A DNA stretch of 64,000 bases from the human T2T-CHM13v2.0 reference genome, Homo sapiens. The notes under the pieces were generated by a model. The model ran no database searches. It was not told where the DNA came from and saw nothing but the letters and a program-made list of their open reading frames with translations. Below are positions 1-19,090 of this stretch, in pieces. The position numbers and the translations under genes are program-made. The number at the start of each line of letters is the position of its first letter. Positions within the stretch are counted from its first letter, which is position 1. Where the stretch lies: the NCBI RefSeq assembly GCF_009914755.1, contig NC_060937.1. One strand, 5' to 3'.

Positions 1-62
1 ATGCCCTCGAGGGGAAAAGTGTAAACATTTTAATTGCTGTACATGGTGACACAAATCCATGT

Positions 63-513
63 TGTTAATCTAAGTGGAAGAGGCTGAGGCACAAAATGTA
101 ATTCAGAGTTTACTTGAGCCAAAATGAGGACAGCTGCCTGGAAGAAACAGACCCAAGTGTCCTTGGATATGAACTCCCTTCGGAGCTTTGCAACAAGCAG
201 TTTCTTAAAGGCAAAAAAGGGTCCAGAAGTGGGATGATGCAAAGAGGTTTGTCACAAATTCTCATTGGCTTATGGAAATAACATTTATTAGTGACTGGCT
301 ATACACTGTTACACTATTATTGGGTGTGGATTATAGTGTCTGGTGTGGCGTTATTGGTTAATTTATAGCTACTGTGGCAACAGCAAGCAGCCTAGATGAA
401 CACACAGCTCAAAGAGGAGCAGGACAGAACTGCTGTCTCCTTTGAATATCTCTCTGGGCCTGATTATTTAAAAGGACTTGCATTTCTCACATGAAAGTTA
501 TTTTCTTTTCTCA
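63..513 (-). mobile_element. ERV1 solo LTR (MER4 group, MER65-like)
   Basis: TG...CA termini with 4-bp TSD ATGT (59-62 and 514-517). The minus strand begins TGAGAAAAGAAAATAAC. Family name from recall. Confidence 0.7.
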
Positions 514-696
514 ATGTCAATAAATGAGAATAAATAGACATAAAATAGGTCTTTTCGAGGATGAAGTAAATGGAATAAAAAACAAAACACAAGCTGACCA
601 GAAATCATAGAGGGAAGAAAAGGTTATAAATATATGGAGTTTTCAAAGTGATTTTAAGCTATTAGGAATCAGTTAAATGTTGGGGGATTTTGTCTG

Positions 697-1247
697 AGTA
701 TGGGCTAAAGGAGAATGTCCCTTTTGCCTTCTGAAGTTTCCCTGATAATCACTAATAGGAGGCAGATAAATAGTAGAAAAGGCAAACAGGTTTCTGCAAT
801 GTGTGTACACTGGAGCCCTTACAATGAAGACCCAGACACACGATGGGTGCAGAAGCTTATCTACCACATGAAGTTTACAGAAAGAATGGGGTCTTGGATC
901 ACAGGGAAAAAAAAGAAAAAAAGGTTATGTGGGAAAAGTACCCTGCCTAGAAACAGTGGACTTATTACGTAGGTGAAACCTCACTGGGAGCAGTCCTCAG
1001 ATAGAATAGACAGAAAATGTTTCTTTCAGACCTTTGGAGACCTCCGACACTCAGTTAACCTTTCCTAGATCCAGACAAGGGGGCAGACCTCAGAGAAAGC
1101 CTGGCTGCATCAAGGCAGATTCTCTACCGATGCGAATCTCCCCAAGACAGCTTTGCAGCTAAGTTTGCATTTCCAGCCCTTCTCAATAGCCATTTTGAAA
1201 TATTTCAAGGAAATATATTTTGGGGTAAAATATATTAGTTTCCTTCA
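697..1247 (-). mobile_element. ERV1 LTR (MER4 group, MER34-like)
   Basis: Minus strand starts TGAAGGAAACTAATATATTTTACCCCAAAATATATTTC, a typical MER4-group LTR start. Left edge approximate. Confidence 0.6.
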
Positions 1248-2024
1248 TACAGCTATAAAACATGCAGGAATAATTTTTCTCAATATCTACTACAAATCCA
1301 ATATAGCAGTAATTATAAAACCCACCAGATATTGAAGAAAAAATATGTAGAGTACATCACTCACAAATATTGATACTAAAATGCCAAATAAAATAAAAAT
1401 AATATCCAACAATATTTGAAACAGTAAGAGAAGAAATTGGCAAAAAAATAAAACAAATATCCACCTTGGGGATGAAAGTGTGATTCCAAATTTGGCAATC
1501 CAATAATATTAATAATATATTGGTTAGCCCAAATAAAAAATAAATAGGGGATTCTCAGTACATGCTAAAATATATTTGTTAAAAGGTCATATTCATGTCT
1601 TTAAAGATTTTAAATGCTATAAAGAGTCTGATATTCTATATGCAAACATGTGTATGTCCATTAGAAGAACAGAGGCCTGATTTTCATATGTTACTACATA
1701 GAGGTAGAGAAGTGGATAGATTAATTTGCATATGCATAGAGAAAGCATAAAATATAAATTTACTATCATACTTAAAGGAATTTAAATTCAACAATAAAAT
1801 AATTCAAAGGTATAATTTTAAATATTTTTAAGTTACATTATTAATATTAGATAATATTTATAATAATTGTGAAAATATTCAATGCTAAAATAAGATAGAA
1901 TGTCTAAACGTCAGTATTACAACTAGTATAAATATTTGCTTGTTTTTACAAGGAAAATTCAAGCTCAACCTAAAATTATATAGGAAATAAAAGAAAAATT
2001 TTAAGGGAGCTCTTTAATAACACA

Positions 2025-2027
<3 letters not shown>

Positions 2028-2086
<59 letters not shown>
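2028..2086. repeat. (TA)n followed by short (CA)n microsatellite
   Basis: About 24 TA units then about 5 CA units, read directly. Confidence 0.95.
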
Positions 2087-2418
2087 TATAACATGCATAT
2101 ATGTTATATGGGATAGATATAGATTTAACATGTTATATCTATATTTGTATCTATCTATAACTACAGCTGTATGTATCTACCTTTCTATATATTTAGTCAG
2201 TGATATAAATATAGACTGGAATAAATATAAAGGCACATATGATTCTTGGATAAAAAGGATTTAGTATCATAAAGACAAATTCTTTCCAAATTCACCTATG
2301 AATCCACAACAATATACAGTTTCATTAGTATAATTTAAAATTTTTAAATAAATTCCAAGATTTATTTAAAGGAATATACGTGTATACCAGCAGTAAAAAA
2401 AGAAGTAAGAGTGCACTA

Positions 2419-5932
<3,514 letters not shown>

Positions 5933-7103
5933 ACAATGAGATCACATGGACACAGGAAGGGGAATATCACACTCTGGGGACTGTTGTGGGGTGGGGGTAT
6001 GGGGGAGGGATAGCATTGGGAGATATACCTAATGCTAGATGACGTTAGTGGGTGCAGTGCACCAGCATGGCACATGTATACATATGTAACTAACCTGCAC
6101 AATGTGCACATATACCCTAAAACTTAAAGTATAATAAAAAAAATTAAAAATAAAAATATTTAAAAAAGAATGTTACAGAATGTTTAGTGACTAGAAATAC
6201 AATGATAATGTCCAATAAATAAATATATTTTACAAAAAATAAAATAAAATAAAATAAAATACATTTTTAAACTCAGTAACTAAAACTGAGCAGTACTGAT
6301 TTGGAGTAATGGAATTTAGGTATATGGGATCTCAAAAGCATAGAGCTCAAAGGAGACCCCTGTATGCATGAGAGCTTAGGATGTGCTTTAGAAGGCATTA
6401 CCAAACCACGGGCAAAGTTACTTTGGTTTCTTAGTCTTACTAGGTTTGAAAAGCCAGAGAAAAGACTCAAGGCCACCATATAAGAGCAAAACAAAAGGAC
6501 AGGGAGAGAATGTGAAGATACTGAAACATTTTACATAAAGTTGTATAAAACATTCTTTAAAGAAAATGTAAAGTTTAGGATATACATCAAAATCAGCAGA
6601 ACCACTAAATAAATAAATAGGAATTGTAAAAAAGCAAGAGAAAATTTAAATGGATTTCTAAAAAATATTGACACCTATGATTTTTAAAATATGTTTAAGA
6701 TATCCCATATTTCACAGGGCAGCCTTTCACAACATATATTAGGACATAAAGGTCCTTCTGTTTTTAATTTACTAGTGTTTATAGGGTTACAAATGTCTTC
6801 TACCCTTGTCTTTTGTCTGATGGTGCAAAAAATTTTCATAAGCATGTACTTTTGAATGCCTGATGGATTGACATATATAATATGCTGCTAGTATTAAAAT
6901 ATATGATGGAAAACGCATCCAATCTTCTCACTGTTTACATAAATTCTAGGTTTCTCCTATTTACCTCAAGCACATATGGAGCGAATTCTTACCTTTTAAT
7001 ATTGCCATGGCATTCACATTGAACGTAAGTTGAACTCTCTTATATGGTAGCTGGGTTCAGATTCCCTTGACAATTTCCAGTTCTAACCCTCACAGTTCCT
7101 CAG

Positions 7104-8165
7104 TGTGGCTGGCCCAGATATTGATCCTACACAGCTGCCTCCTCCTGGTGACTAGCCACTGTGGAACCATTGGATACAACCTACCTGACTCACCCCACAG
7201 ACCTCACAGCCCACATGGACAGCCCCCACACGCCAGAGTGACCTGCTCAGTTGCAGCTGCAGCCAAGAAATGTGCCTGCTGGCACTCACCCCACTGACCA
7301 GAGCCCCGTGGAAAACTTATTTGGGTAATGTTCTGGGCCCAATAAAGGCTGGAGTCCCACAGACCCCTTTTCTGTCTCTTGCTCCCCACTCATCTTCCCC
7401 ATTTTGTTCAGCCCTATGAGTTGTGCTACTGTATTAGTCCATTTTCACACTGCTGGTCAAGACATGCTCAAGACTGGGTAATTTCCAGAACAAAGAGGTT
7501 TAATAGACGCACAGTTCTACATGGCTGGGTAGGCCTCACAATCATGGTGGAAGGTGAAAGGCACGTCTCACGTGGCAGCAGACAAGACAAGAGAGCTTGT
7601 GCAGGGAAACGCCCCTTTATAAAACCATCAGATCTTGTGAGACTTATTCACTATCAAAAGAACAGCATGGGAAAGACCTGCCCCCATGATTCAATTTCCT
7701 CCCACCTGTTCCCTCCCACAACATGTGGGAATTCAAGATGAGATTTGGCTGGGGACACAGCTAAACCCTCTTCTCAGCTACCCTCTTCTCTCTGGATCTG
7801 TAATAAAACTACTTCTGTGATTTCCCATGTTTTGTCCTGTGGCCTCCATGTGTCTGATCTGACCTACACTGGAACCTAACTCTCCTCCTGGCCAGGGTCT
7901 CTAAGAGTGGCTCTTGTCAGAAATACACAGGACACAGGTCAGGCAACAGCCACCAGGCATCTCCTAGTCTCAACAGATGTTCTGTGAGAGGGAGGCCTGG
8001 TCGTGGGATGCACACCTGGCCACTGCTGGGGTAAGGAAGTGCCCTGTGAAAGGCACATGTTAAGCATCCACAACCCCCTGCTCAGAACCCGAGAAAGGCA
8101 GGGCTCCAATTGACAGTTACTCTCCAGAGACAAACCTCAAGCCCTAACTGGAGGAAAATAAAACA
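7104..8165 (+). mobile_element. ERVL-class LTR (MER73/MER74/MER54-like), interrupted by THE1
   Basis: Starts TGTGGCTGGCCC, has AATAAAGGCTGG, and ends GAGGAAAATAAAACA, resembling MER54/74 3' ends. Confidence 0.6.
7430..7776 (-). mobile_element. THE1 solo LTR (ERVL-MaLR)
   Basis: TGTATTAGTCCATTTTCAC...GGGGACACAG with 5-bp TSD GCTAC (7425-7429 and 7777-7781). Confidence 0.9.
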
Positions 8166-9324
8166 ATGTAAAAATTTGAATTTATCTTACTATTTCAATG
8201 ATCCAGTAAAGACATTCTATGCCTGTACACCACATATTTTCTTCGATTGTGGATATATTTTAGGTAGAATTTTATGTCTGGCTTTCACTTTAGCCTGGTC
8301 CCTACCTCAAGCATAAGGTAAAGATTTTCCATAGTTTCTTTTCTGGTACTACTGCCTGCCAGTGTGGGGTCATGTCCTAGTCTATCTTGAGGGAACCCCC
8401 TTATTCATTATTGTCAGAGTGAGACTGTTAAGTCTTGATTTCCCTGGACAACTTCATTGCATGATTTTAATATGATTTTTAAATATACCCTTTACTGGAC
8501 AATAAATTATATAGTTATCTGAGTAAGAGATATGATCAGGAAGAGGCATTGCCTCATTCAGCTTTTCTGTTTGGTGAACTCACATATGTTCTCCTCACCC
8601 ACCAGTCACCTCTAAACCGTATTGTTCCAAGACAACAAACAGAACTCGAGTGTGTATCTTTCACCACTGGATTTGTCTTTGCTCCATAAAGCTTAATGCT
8701 TAATAGGGTTTCTGTTAGCATTTTCTCTATATTTATTTTCCCATAAAATATCACAGGCCTTCTTCATATGGAATTATGGGTGATTTCCTTCAATCTGCAT
8801 CATATCAAGTTGAGGTTCATGTTGATTGAAAGTAAAACATACGTTTAAAATATCAGTAATGATGTTTTCCCCTCCTTTTTAGCACATGTGCTTGTGAGAG
8901 TCATCGTAATACAATTCTAGTCTCATGCTTTGATCATTCCTAAGATGAAAATAATATTTTTAGATAAAATATCTGAGTTTTATGAGGCCTTTAGTATACG
9001 ATGTAATAGAATATCAGAAGACCATACTTTTTTCTAGTTTTCCATGTAATTCTTTCATTGTTTCACCTTTACTCCTACGACAGTAATTTTCCAAAACAGG
9101 TATCTTGTCATTCCTCCTGTTGTTATCAGTAAATAAGTGAAATGAAAAGCTAGATTATGTAATTTATCTAGAACAAGAAAGTAGAATTGAATCTATATTC
9201 ATTAATGAGACTAACCAGTCAATTATACAGATAGGCATTTTACATTTTGAAGATCATATGGACCCATTGTCAGATATATTATTATTTATGTCTATATGGA
9301 CATCACCTGTGCCTATTTATGTAG

Positions 9325-9661
<337 letters not shown>

Positions 9662-10639
9662 AGCTGATTTTTAAAATACTGACATCATATAGATAACAGC
9701 ACCTGAAAAATAGACAACACCAAGCTTTATATTAAAAAGTGTGAGGGTATCAATATTGTTGTGGCTATTGGGGAGGAAAACATTAGTAAAACCAGTGAGT
9801 TAAAGCTGTTGCTTTAAACTTTGGCTTTAGTTTAACAAATGTTCTCTGGGGTGACAGTATGTACATAACCATGCTATGCCCATTCACAGATGCAGTAGAC
9901 GGAAGAATTTCTCAAAGACAACTGTTCTAAGATTGTAATTAAACCGCACTGGGTATGAAAAGAGAAAGTCCAGGAATTAGCAAATATTTTAGATATCAGA
10001 TAAAAGAGAATGCCAGGTATGCAATGATAATCAGCAATGGTTGTTCACAGAATACATCAAATCAGTATTTGAATTAGCTTTTGAATTATAAGGACAAATG
10101 GATCAAGTCTTGACTCTTTAGTAGATAAATCTTATTAGGCTGAGATGTGTTTTCCCCTGTTTCTCCACAAGGAGATTACAAATTTACAAACCTCAGCTGC
10201 TCTCATTTTATGCTGTCACCAAGCCAAAAGCTGAAGTTCATAAATCAGTGTGTCTAAGTGTTCACTAGTTATATACCTTTTTGTAGTTTAAGCTATCTTT
10301 CCAACTTCCTAAATCATCACCTTCATTTGACCTTGTTTTTTCTACTATCACTTCTTTATTGACTACATAAAGAATATAAGTTCTTATTTTGTTATTGTTC
10401 ATTTTAGTCTAATTTCATCAAAATATCATAATCCTTTAATTTCCTTTTAATTTCAAAGATTAAATGAAACCTACATAGAAATGAGTGTAAGATTTGCATT
10501 TGCGTTATTTTGGTATTAATTTGCTATCCTCCCTCATACACATAGTGATCATTTCCATGTACGTGATTTCAAACATCCAAGTGCAGTATTAAAAGCAGTT
10601 GTAAATTATGGTTCTGATTTTCATGATACAATTACTATA

Positions 10640-11443
<804 letters not shown>

Positions 11444-11531
11444 CAGACATAATCTATTTACCTGCAGATTAAAGTGTTCTTTATTTTTCTGCCTCCCTCT
11501 CTTAATTTTTTAAAATAATATGAATTGTAGT

Positions 11532-11682
11532 AAAGAGAAAGAAAGAAAAGAAAAGAAAGAAAAAAGAAGCAAGGAAAGAAGGAAGGAAGGAAAGAAAGAA
11601 AGAAGAAAGAAAAGAAGGAGGAAATGAGAAAAGGAAGGGAGGGAGGAAGGGACAAAGGCAGGAAGGGAGAAAAAAGAAAGCA
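11532..11682. repeat. GA-rich polypurine simple repeat (GAAA/GGAA)
   Basis: Read directly. Confidence 0.9.
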
Positions 11683-11689
11683 AGACATG

Positions 11690-12280
11690 GCTTTCCAAAA
11701 CCTTGTGCATTCCAAAGGTCTTCAGGACTGGCCCTCGACAAGCTCCTGGGAGATGATAACCTATGAGCCCTTGGTATATACTGCCTGATGAGAGTCTTTG
11801 TATACCTGAAAACGTAGGTCCTACCAAATAGCTGATGCTAACAACGTGATTTCTTGTGAGCACCTGTTTCTGTATGCCTATGACTTTGTGTAATGCCATA
11901 CTAATATGACCTCTCTTAGGGCATAGGGAGGTTGGGAACTAAGTAGCTAAGTTCAGTCACAGGACGCTCGATGCATATGTGGTGGAATCCTAATGAAAAC
12001 CCTGGACTCAAGACTGACTGAGCTTCCCTAGTTGGCAACAAGTTCACACATGTTGTCTCACACCATTGTAAAGAAAATTAGTCAGTGTGAAGTCCCCACT
12101 ATGAAAGGACACCTGTAAGCTCACATCTGGTTTGTCCTGGACTCAACTTTATGTGCTTTTATGCTTCTGATTATTTTAATCTGGTTTCTTTCACTGTTAG
12201 AAACTATAACCACAAAAAAAAATCAGCTTTCTTGAGTTATGTGAATCATTAAACCAAAGGGGGACTTGGGGACACCCAGT
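11690..12280 (+). mobile_element. MER21-like LTR
   Basis: CTCCTGGGAGAT...ACTGCCTGATGAGAGTCTTTGTATACCTG, AAAACCCTGGAC, and a CTTGGGGACACCC terminus. Confidence 0.7.
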
Positions 12281-12319
12281 AAAAAGTATATACATTCTTA
12301 AAAAGAAACAGAAAACTGG

Positions 12320-12778
12320 CCATAGCAGATATTGTTGATGACTTGTCTTCTATCTCCTGGACTCAATGTGTTCACCTGAAATTCACCTGTTTCCAGCTAA
12401 CTGAGAGCTCCCCACATCATGCCTGTCTTTCTGATTTTTGGGCCTGCCTGCAAGCTTCTTGAGGCTAACCAGTGCTTCTCAACCACACATAGGAACAAAG
12501 AAGGAGTTAGGGGTGGAGAGTTAATGATTCTAAGGCAATCCTTAAGCAATAAGAGATGGGGATTCCAGCATCCCCATCTCTTTGTAAAGTTATTTTGAGA
12601 CAATCTCCATACCTCCATCATTACTGAGCACAATAGCAGTAACTACTCATTCACACTGGCTTCGTATTCTGTTTCATTTTCTCCACTTCTGTGCTTTCTC
12701 ACTCAATTTCTGATTAAAGTATCTGACCCCAGATATTTGTTTCATCATCTATTTTTGAGGGAATCCAGAGCCAAGACA
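12320..12778 (+). mobile_element. Old ERVL LTR (LTR16-like)
   Basis: Ends GAGGGAATCCAGAGCCAAGACA, like LTR16/33 3' ends. Highly diverged. Confidence 0.45.
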
Positions 12779-13318
12779 ATAACAATGGGAGCTTTGCAAT
12801 GAGGGAGGCTGAGTATAATCATCAGAAGAGTACCTACCTCACTGGGAACATGAAGACCTGGAGAGCTTGCTGTTTCAATGAGAGAAACATGTTGAATCTC
12901 AGTTGAATACCTATATATATATGGGCAATAAGTCGTGCTCTTTACTTATATCAAAGGAAAATGCTCTTTACCTCTCTTTGTTGTTGTGTTTTTATCACTA
13001 TTGCCTACACAAGCAGAATATCATACCCAGGATTTAAAGCCCTGTCTGCAGGATTTTCAAGCTCATGTTTTTATCATAAGTCACTGTGCTTCCATGTGTT
13101 TTAAATCTAATCCTCATTCCTCTGCTTTTACACCAGAGAATTCATCACTGACTTATTTTTGACTGACCTTATAGAGCTGTCAAGTACACAATTTCTGCTG
13201 TGACCTTTCTCTTAGAGTTCAGTCATATAGCCTCTCCCTAGATATCATCTCCTCTTATCTTTCGTAATAATGAATTGTCAGTTAAAACTCAACATTTTTA
13301 AGATTGAGCTTACCATCT

Positions 13319-13342
13319 ACACACACACACACACACACACAC
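13319..13342. repeat. (AC)n microsatellite
   Basis: Read directly. Confidence 0.9.
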
Positions 13343-13539
13343 CATTATTGGTGTATTCTCATAGCCTTGAAACACTAATGTCATGTTGATGTCTGCCTTT
13401 TCTTTCTCTGCTACCTCATCCCTCATCCTTAGATTATTCTAAAAGATTCAATTAGATCAAGTTGGCTAATTATATTTTTAAGATCCTCTCTACCCTTACC
13501 AATTTTTTGTTTAACAAATTTTAAAAATTTCTGGCAGGA

Positions 13540-14105
13540 GACTGTGGAAATCCCCATGGATGACTGTGGTTTTACTATTTTACCTTTCAGTTTTAATAGG
13601 TTTTATAGTATGTATTTTGAAGTAATGCTATTGTGTGCATACATATTTATTATTTACATGTCTTCTTGGAGTATTTTCCCCTTTGTCATTATGAAATGTT
13701 ATTCTTCATCCCCAGTGATATTTCCTGTTCTGATGTCTACTTTGCTCATCACAGTTTTAGTGGGTTTTGGTTTGTTTGTTTTTCTTTTTTTTTTTTTTTG
13801 GTTCAAATAAGTTTCTTATAAAGAGCATATAGTTGAGTCAGTGTTTTTAATCCTGTCTTATGATCTCTGCCTTTTAATAAGAATATTTTGTCAATTTATA
13901 TTTAATGTAATTATCAATATGATTGGGTGTGTAACTACTCTCTTGCTATATGTTTTCTAAATATCTCATCATTTCTGTTCATTTTCCCCCTTTTTCTGCC
14001 TTCTTTTGAATTGAGAATTTAGTTTTTAAGATCCGCTTTTATCTCCACTATTAACTTTTAACCATTCCATTTTGTTTTAATTTTAATGATTGATATAGGG
14101 CTCAT
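13540..14105 (-). mobile_element. Old L1M fragment (ORF2 5' region)
   Basis: Degenerate antisense ORF2 motifs, e.g. TATTTTGAAGTAATGCTATTGTGTGCATACATATTT. Confidence 0.65.
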
Positions 14106-14109
14106 AAAA

Positions 14110-15483
<1,374 letters not shown>

Positions 15484-15564
15484 TACATTTTTTTAACTTA
15501 AAACACTCAACCTTCAAATAATATTTATAATACCTGCTATATAGTTTTAAAATATTGCAATTCT

Positions 15565-16790
15565 GAAGCCAGCATTACCATGATACTAAAACCCAGCAAC
15601 CTATAATCCTGAAATGTAAGACCTCAAACTATAAGAATCCTAGAAGTAATGCTAGGAAACACCATTCTGAAAATCAGCCTTGGGAAAGAATTTATGACTA
15701 AGTCCTCGAAAGCAATTTCAACAAAACAAAAATCGACACGCGGGACCTAATTAAACTAAAGAGCTTCTGCACAGTAAAAGAAACTATCAACAGCATAAGC
15801 AAACACCCCACAGCATGGGCAAAAATATTCACAAACAATGTGTTCAATAAAAGTCTCATATCTGGAATCTATAAGGAACTTAAACAATTAAACAAGCAAA
15901 AAACAAATAACTTAATTTTAAAAATGAGCAAAACCATGAACAGATACTTCTCAAAAGAAGGCATACAAGTGGCTAATAAACATGAAAAAATGCTCGTAAT
16001 CACTAATCTCAGAGAAATGTAAATCAAAACCAAGATGAGATATCATCTCACACTAGCCAGAATGGCTATTAATAAAAACTCCAAAAACGTTTAATGATAT
16101 TTTTTATTGAAAAGTTCCTGCCAAGGCTATAGAAGAAGGGGAATGTTTATACACTGTTGGTGGGAAGGTAAATTAGTTCAGCCAATGGGGAAAGTAGTTT
16201 GGAGATTTCTCAAAGAGCTTAAAACAGAACGACCATTTGACTTAATAATCCCATTTCTGGTTATATATCCATAAGAAAATAAACTATTCTACCAAAAAGA
16301 CACATGCACTTGTATGTTCATTGTAGCACTGTTCCCAATAGCAAAGATATGGAATCAACCTAAGTGCCCATCGGCAGTGGATTGGATAAAGAGAATATGG
16401 TACATATACACTATGGAATACTACACAGCCATAATAAAGAACAAAACCATCTATTTGCAGCAACATGGATGCAACTTGCGGCCATTATCTTAAGTGAATT
16501 AATGCAGAAACAGAAAATCAAATATCACATGTTCTCACGTGTAAATGGGAGTTAAACACGGGGTACTCATGGACATAAAAACGGCAACAATAGAAACTGG
16601 ACACTGCTAGAGGGAAAGGAAGGGAGGGAGGGAGGCCGGGGTTGAAAAACTGTCTGTTAGGTACTATGCTCAGTACCCGGGAGATGGGCTCAACCGTACC
16701 ACCAACCTCAGCATCACGCAATATATCCATGTAACAAACCTGTACATGTATTCCATAAATTTAAAATAAATGTTCAAATAAAAAAACAAA
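15565..16790 (+). mobile_element. L1 3' end (L1PA15/16-like)
   Basis: ORF2 C-terminal motifs and a 3'UTR AACCTCAGCATCACGCAATATATCCATGTAACAAACC followed by an A-rich tail. Confidence 0.85.
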
Positions 16791-16936
16791 TATTATAACT
16801 GTCTATCCATTTTCTCTCTACAGTTCTTTGCCCTACTGTCATAGGGTTTTCCTCCTTTCTTTATATATATTTTGAATGCCACAGAAATAATTGTTATTTT
16901 GGTTTTAAATAATCCATTACCTTTAACATTACTTAA

Positions 16937-17254
<318 letters not shown>

Positions 17255-17299
17255 TATGTATTATTTCTAACATGAGTCATTTCTTTTTAAAAATGTAAA

Positions 17300-17750
17300 T
17301 TATCCCAGCACCATTTATTAAATAGGAATCCTTTCCCCCATGTCCAACAATGATAGACTGGATTAAGAAAATGTGGCACATAGACACCATGGAATACTAT
17401 GCAGCCATAAAAAACGATGAGTTCATGTCCTGTATAGGGACATGGATGAAGCTGGAAACCATCATTCTCAGCAAACTATCACAAGGACAAAAAACCAAAC
17501 ACTGCATGTTCTCACTCATAGGTGGGAATTGAACAATGAGAACACATGGACACAGGAAGGGGAACATCACACACCGGGGCCTGTTGTGGGGTGGGGGGAG
17601 GGGGGAGGGGGGAGGGATAGCATTAGGAGATATACCTAATGTTAAATGATGAGTTAATGGGTGCAGCACAGCAACATGGCACATGTATACATATGTAACA
17701 AACCTGCAAGTTGTGCACATGTACCCTAAAACTTAAAGTATAATAATAAA
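17300..17750 (+). mobile_element. Short 5'-inverted L1 (L1PA4/5-like)
   Basis: About 40 bp of antisense ORF2 (17300-17341), then the sense ORF2 end and 3'UTR. Imperfect TSD AAAA(T/A)GTAAATT(A/T)TC. Confidence 0.88.
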
Positions 17751-17764
17751 AAAGTAAATTTTCA

Positions 17765-19090
17765 TCCTGTTACTTTCTTTTTGTCTACCATTTCTTTCAG
17801 TACCAGTATGCTGTTGATAAAATCTATCAGCTACTTATTGTCAAAATAGCTTTATTTGCTTTCATTTTTGTAAATTTCTTGATTTTTTTAGAATTTTCAC
17901 ATGAATGAATTTCCAGGTTGACTTGTTTCTCTTGCTTTAAGTAATAGAATGTTGCGCTACTGTCTTCTGATATACATGCTTATCATAAAAAGTAGTTATT
18001 ACATTGGTTCCATTGTCAATAATACATCTCTTTCTCCAACTGTTTTTAAGTTTTCTTTTTAAAAACAACTTTCTTCAACTTAATCTTTTTATTCATTTTG
18101 CTTTGATTCCACTGCGCTTCTTTTACCTGTTGGTTTATAGTTTTACCAAGTTTTAAAAATATCTCAACCACTGCCTTTACAAATAGTTTTTGCCCTCCCC
18201 CCATTTCCTGGGATTTCAATTATGTGTGTTGTTAAGCTGCTTAATATTTTCTAATCCCATAATTTCTGTCTTTTCTTGGTCTGTTTCTGTTAATTTTTTT
18301 TTCTTGTTTTGGATGAATTTTGTTGTTTATATGCATTTCTGTTATTTTTTTAATGTCTAAGGGAAATTCTGAATTCTACATTGTTAGGATCTGGATTTCG
18401 TTTTATTTAAAGAGAGATGAACTTTGTTTTCAAATGCAGTTATCTGAGATCAGTGGTGATATTGTTTACTTTTAAATGTGATTATAATGGCTTCAGAGCC
18501 TTGACTCTAGAGCTGATTCACCCCCCTACTAAGGTGTGATTATTCTGAGAACTCTATCTGATGTTATAAGTTTCTCACTCTGTCTGGAGCACATACTGGT
18601 TCTTCTAAGGCCCATATGACCTCCAGGAATTTCTCTGGCCCATTGCTAATGAAGACTCATTTTTCTATCTCATGGAGTTTTACTTTATGTAGGCACAGTT
18701 CGGTTCTCACTCAAGGACTCCAGAGAACCTCTACGTAAATCTCCACAGTTCTCTCTCTGTGCAGCCCTCTTCTCTCTGTCAGTCTGCCTTAATGATTCTA
18801 GTCACCTTGGCCTCCATAAACTTTGATATCTTGCTCTTAAATTCAGCAAATCATGATATTCTCTCTCGGATTGTCTCATACCATGCTGGAGGCTGGAAAT
18901 CACTTTCAGTAAGTATGCTGGTACTATAAAGGGTATATATTGTTTTCTTTCTCTCAGAAATCACAGTTTTGTGCTGCCTATTTTTTTCATGCAATGAAAA
19001 CAGTTTATATACTTGTTCTGGATTTCTAAACGTTTACAAAAGTTGCATAATTCTGGTAATCATTAATTCTTCATCAGCAACAGTTGAATT
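17765..19090 (-). mobile_element. Old L1M (L1ME/MC-type) fragments
   Basis: T-rich degenerate L1-like sequence. Boundaries approximate. Confidence 0.5.

Noticed and set aside
11458-11899. F/L/S-rich ORFs resembling membrane proteins
   Set aside because: They are translations of the GA simple repeat.
17587-17617. G-quadruplex-forming tract
   Set aside because: Standard G-rich tract of the L1 3'UTR.
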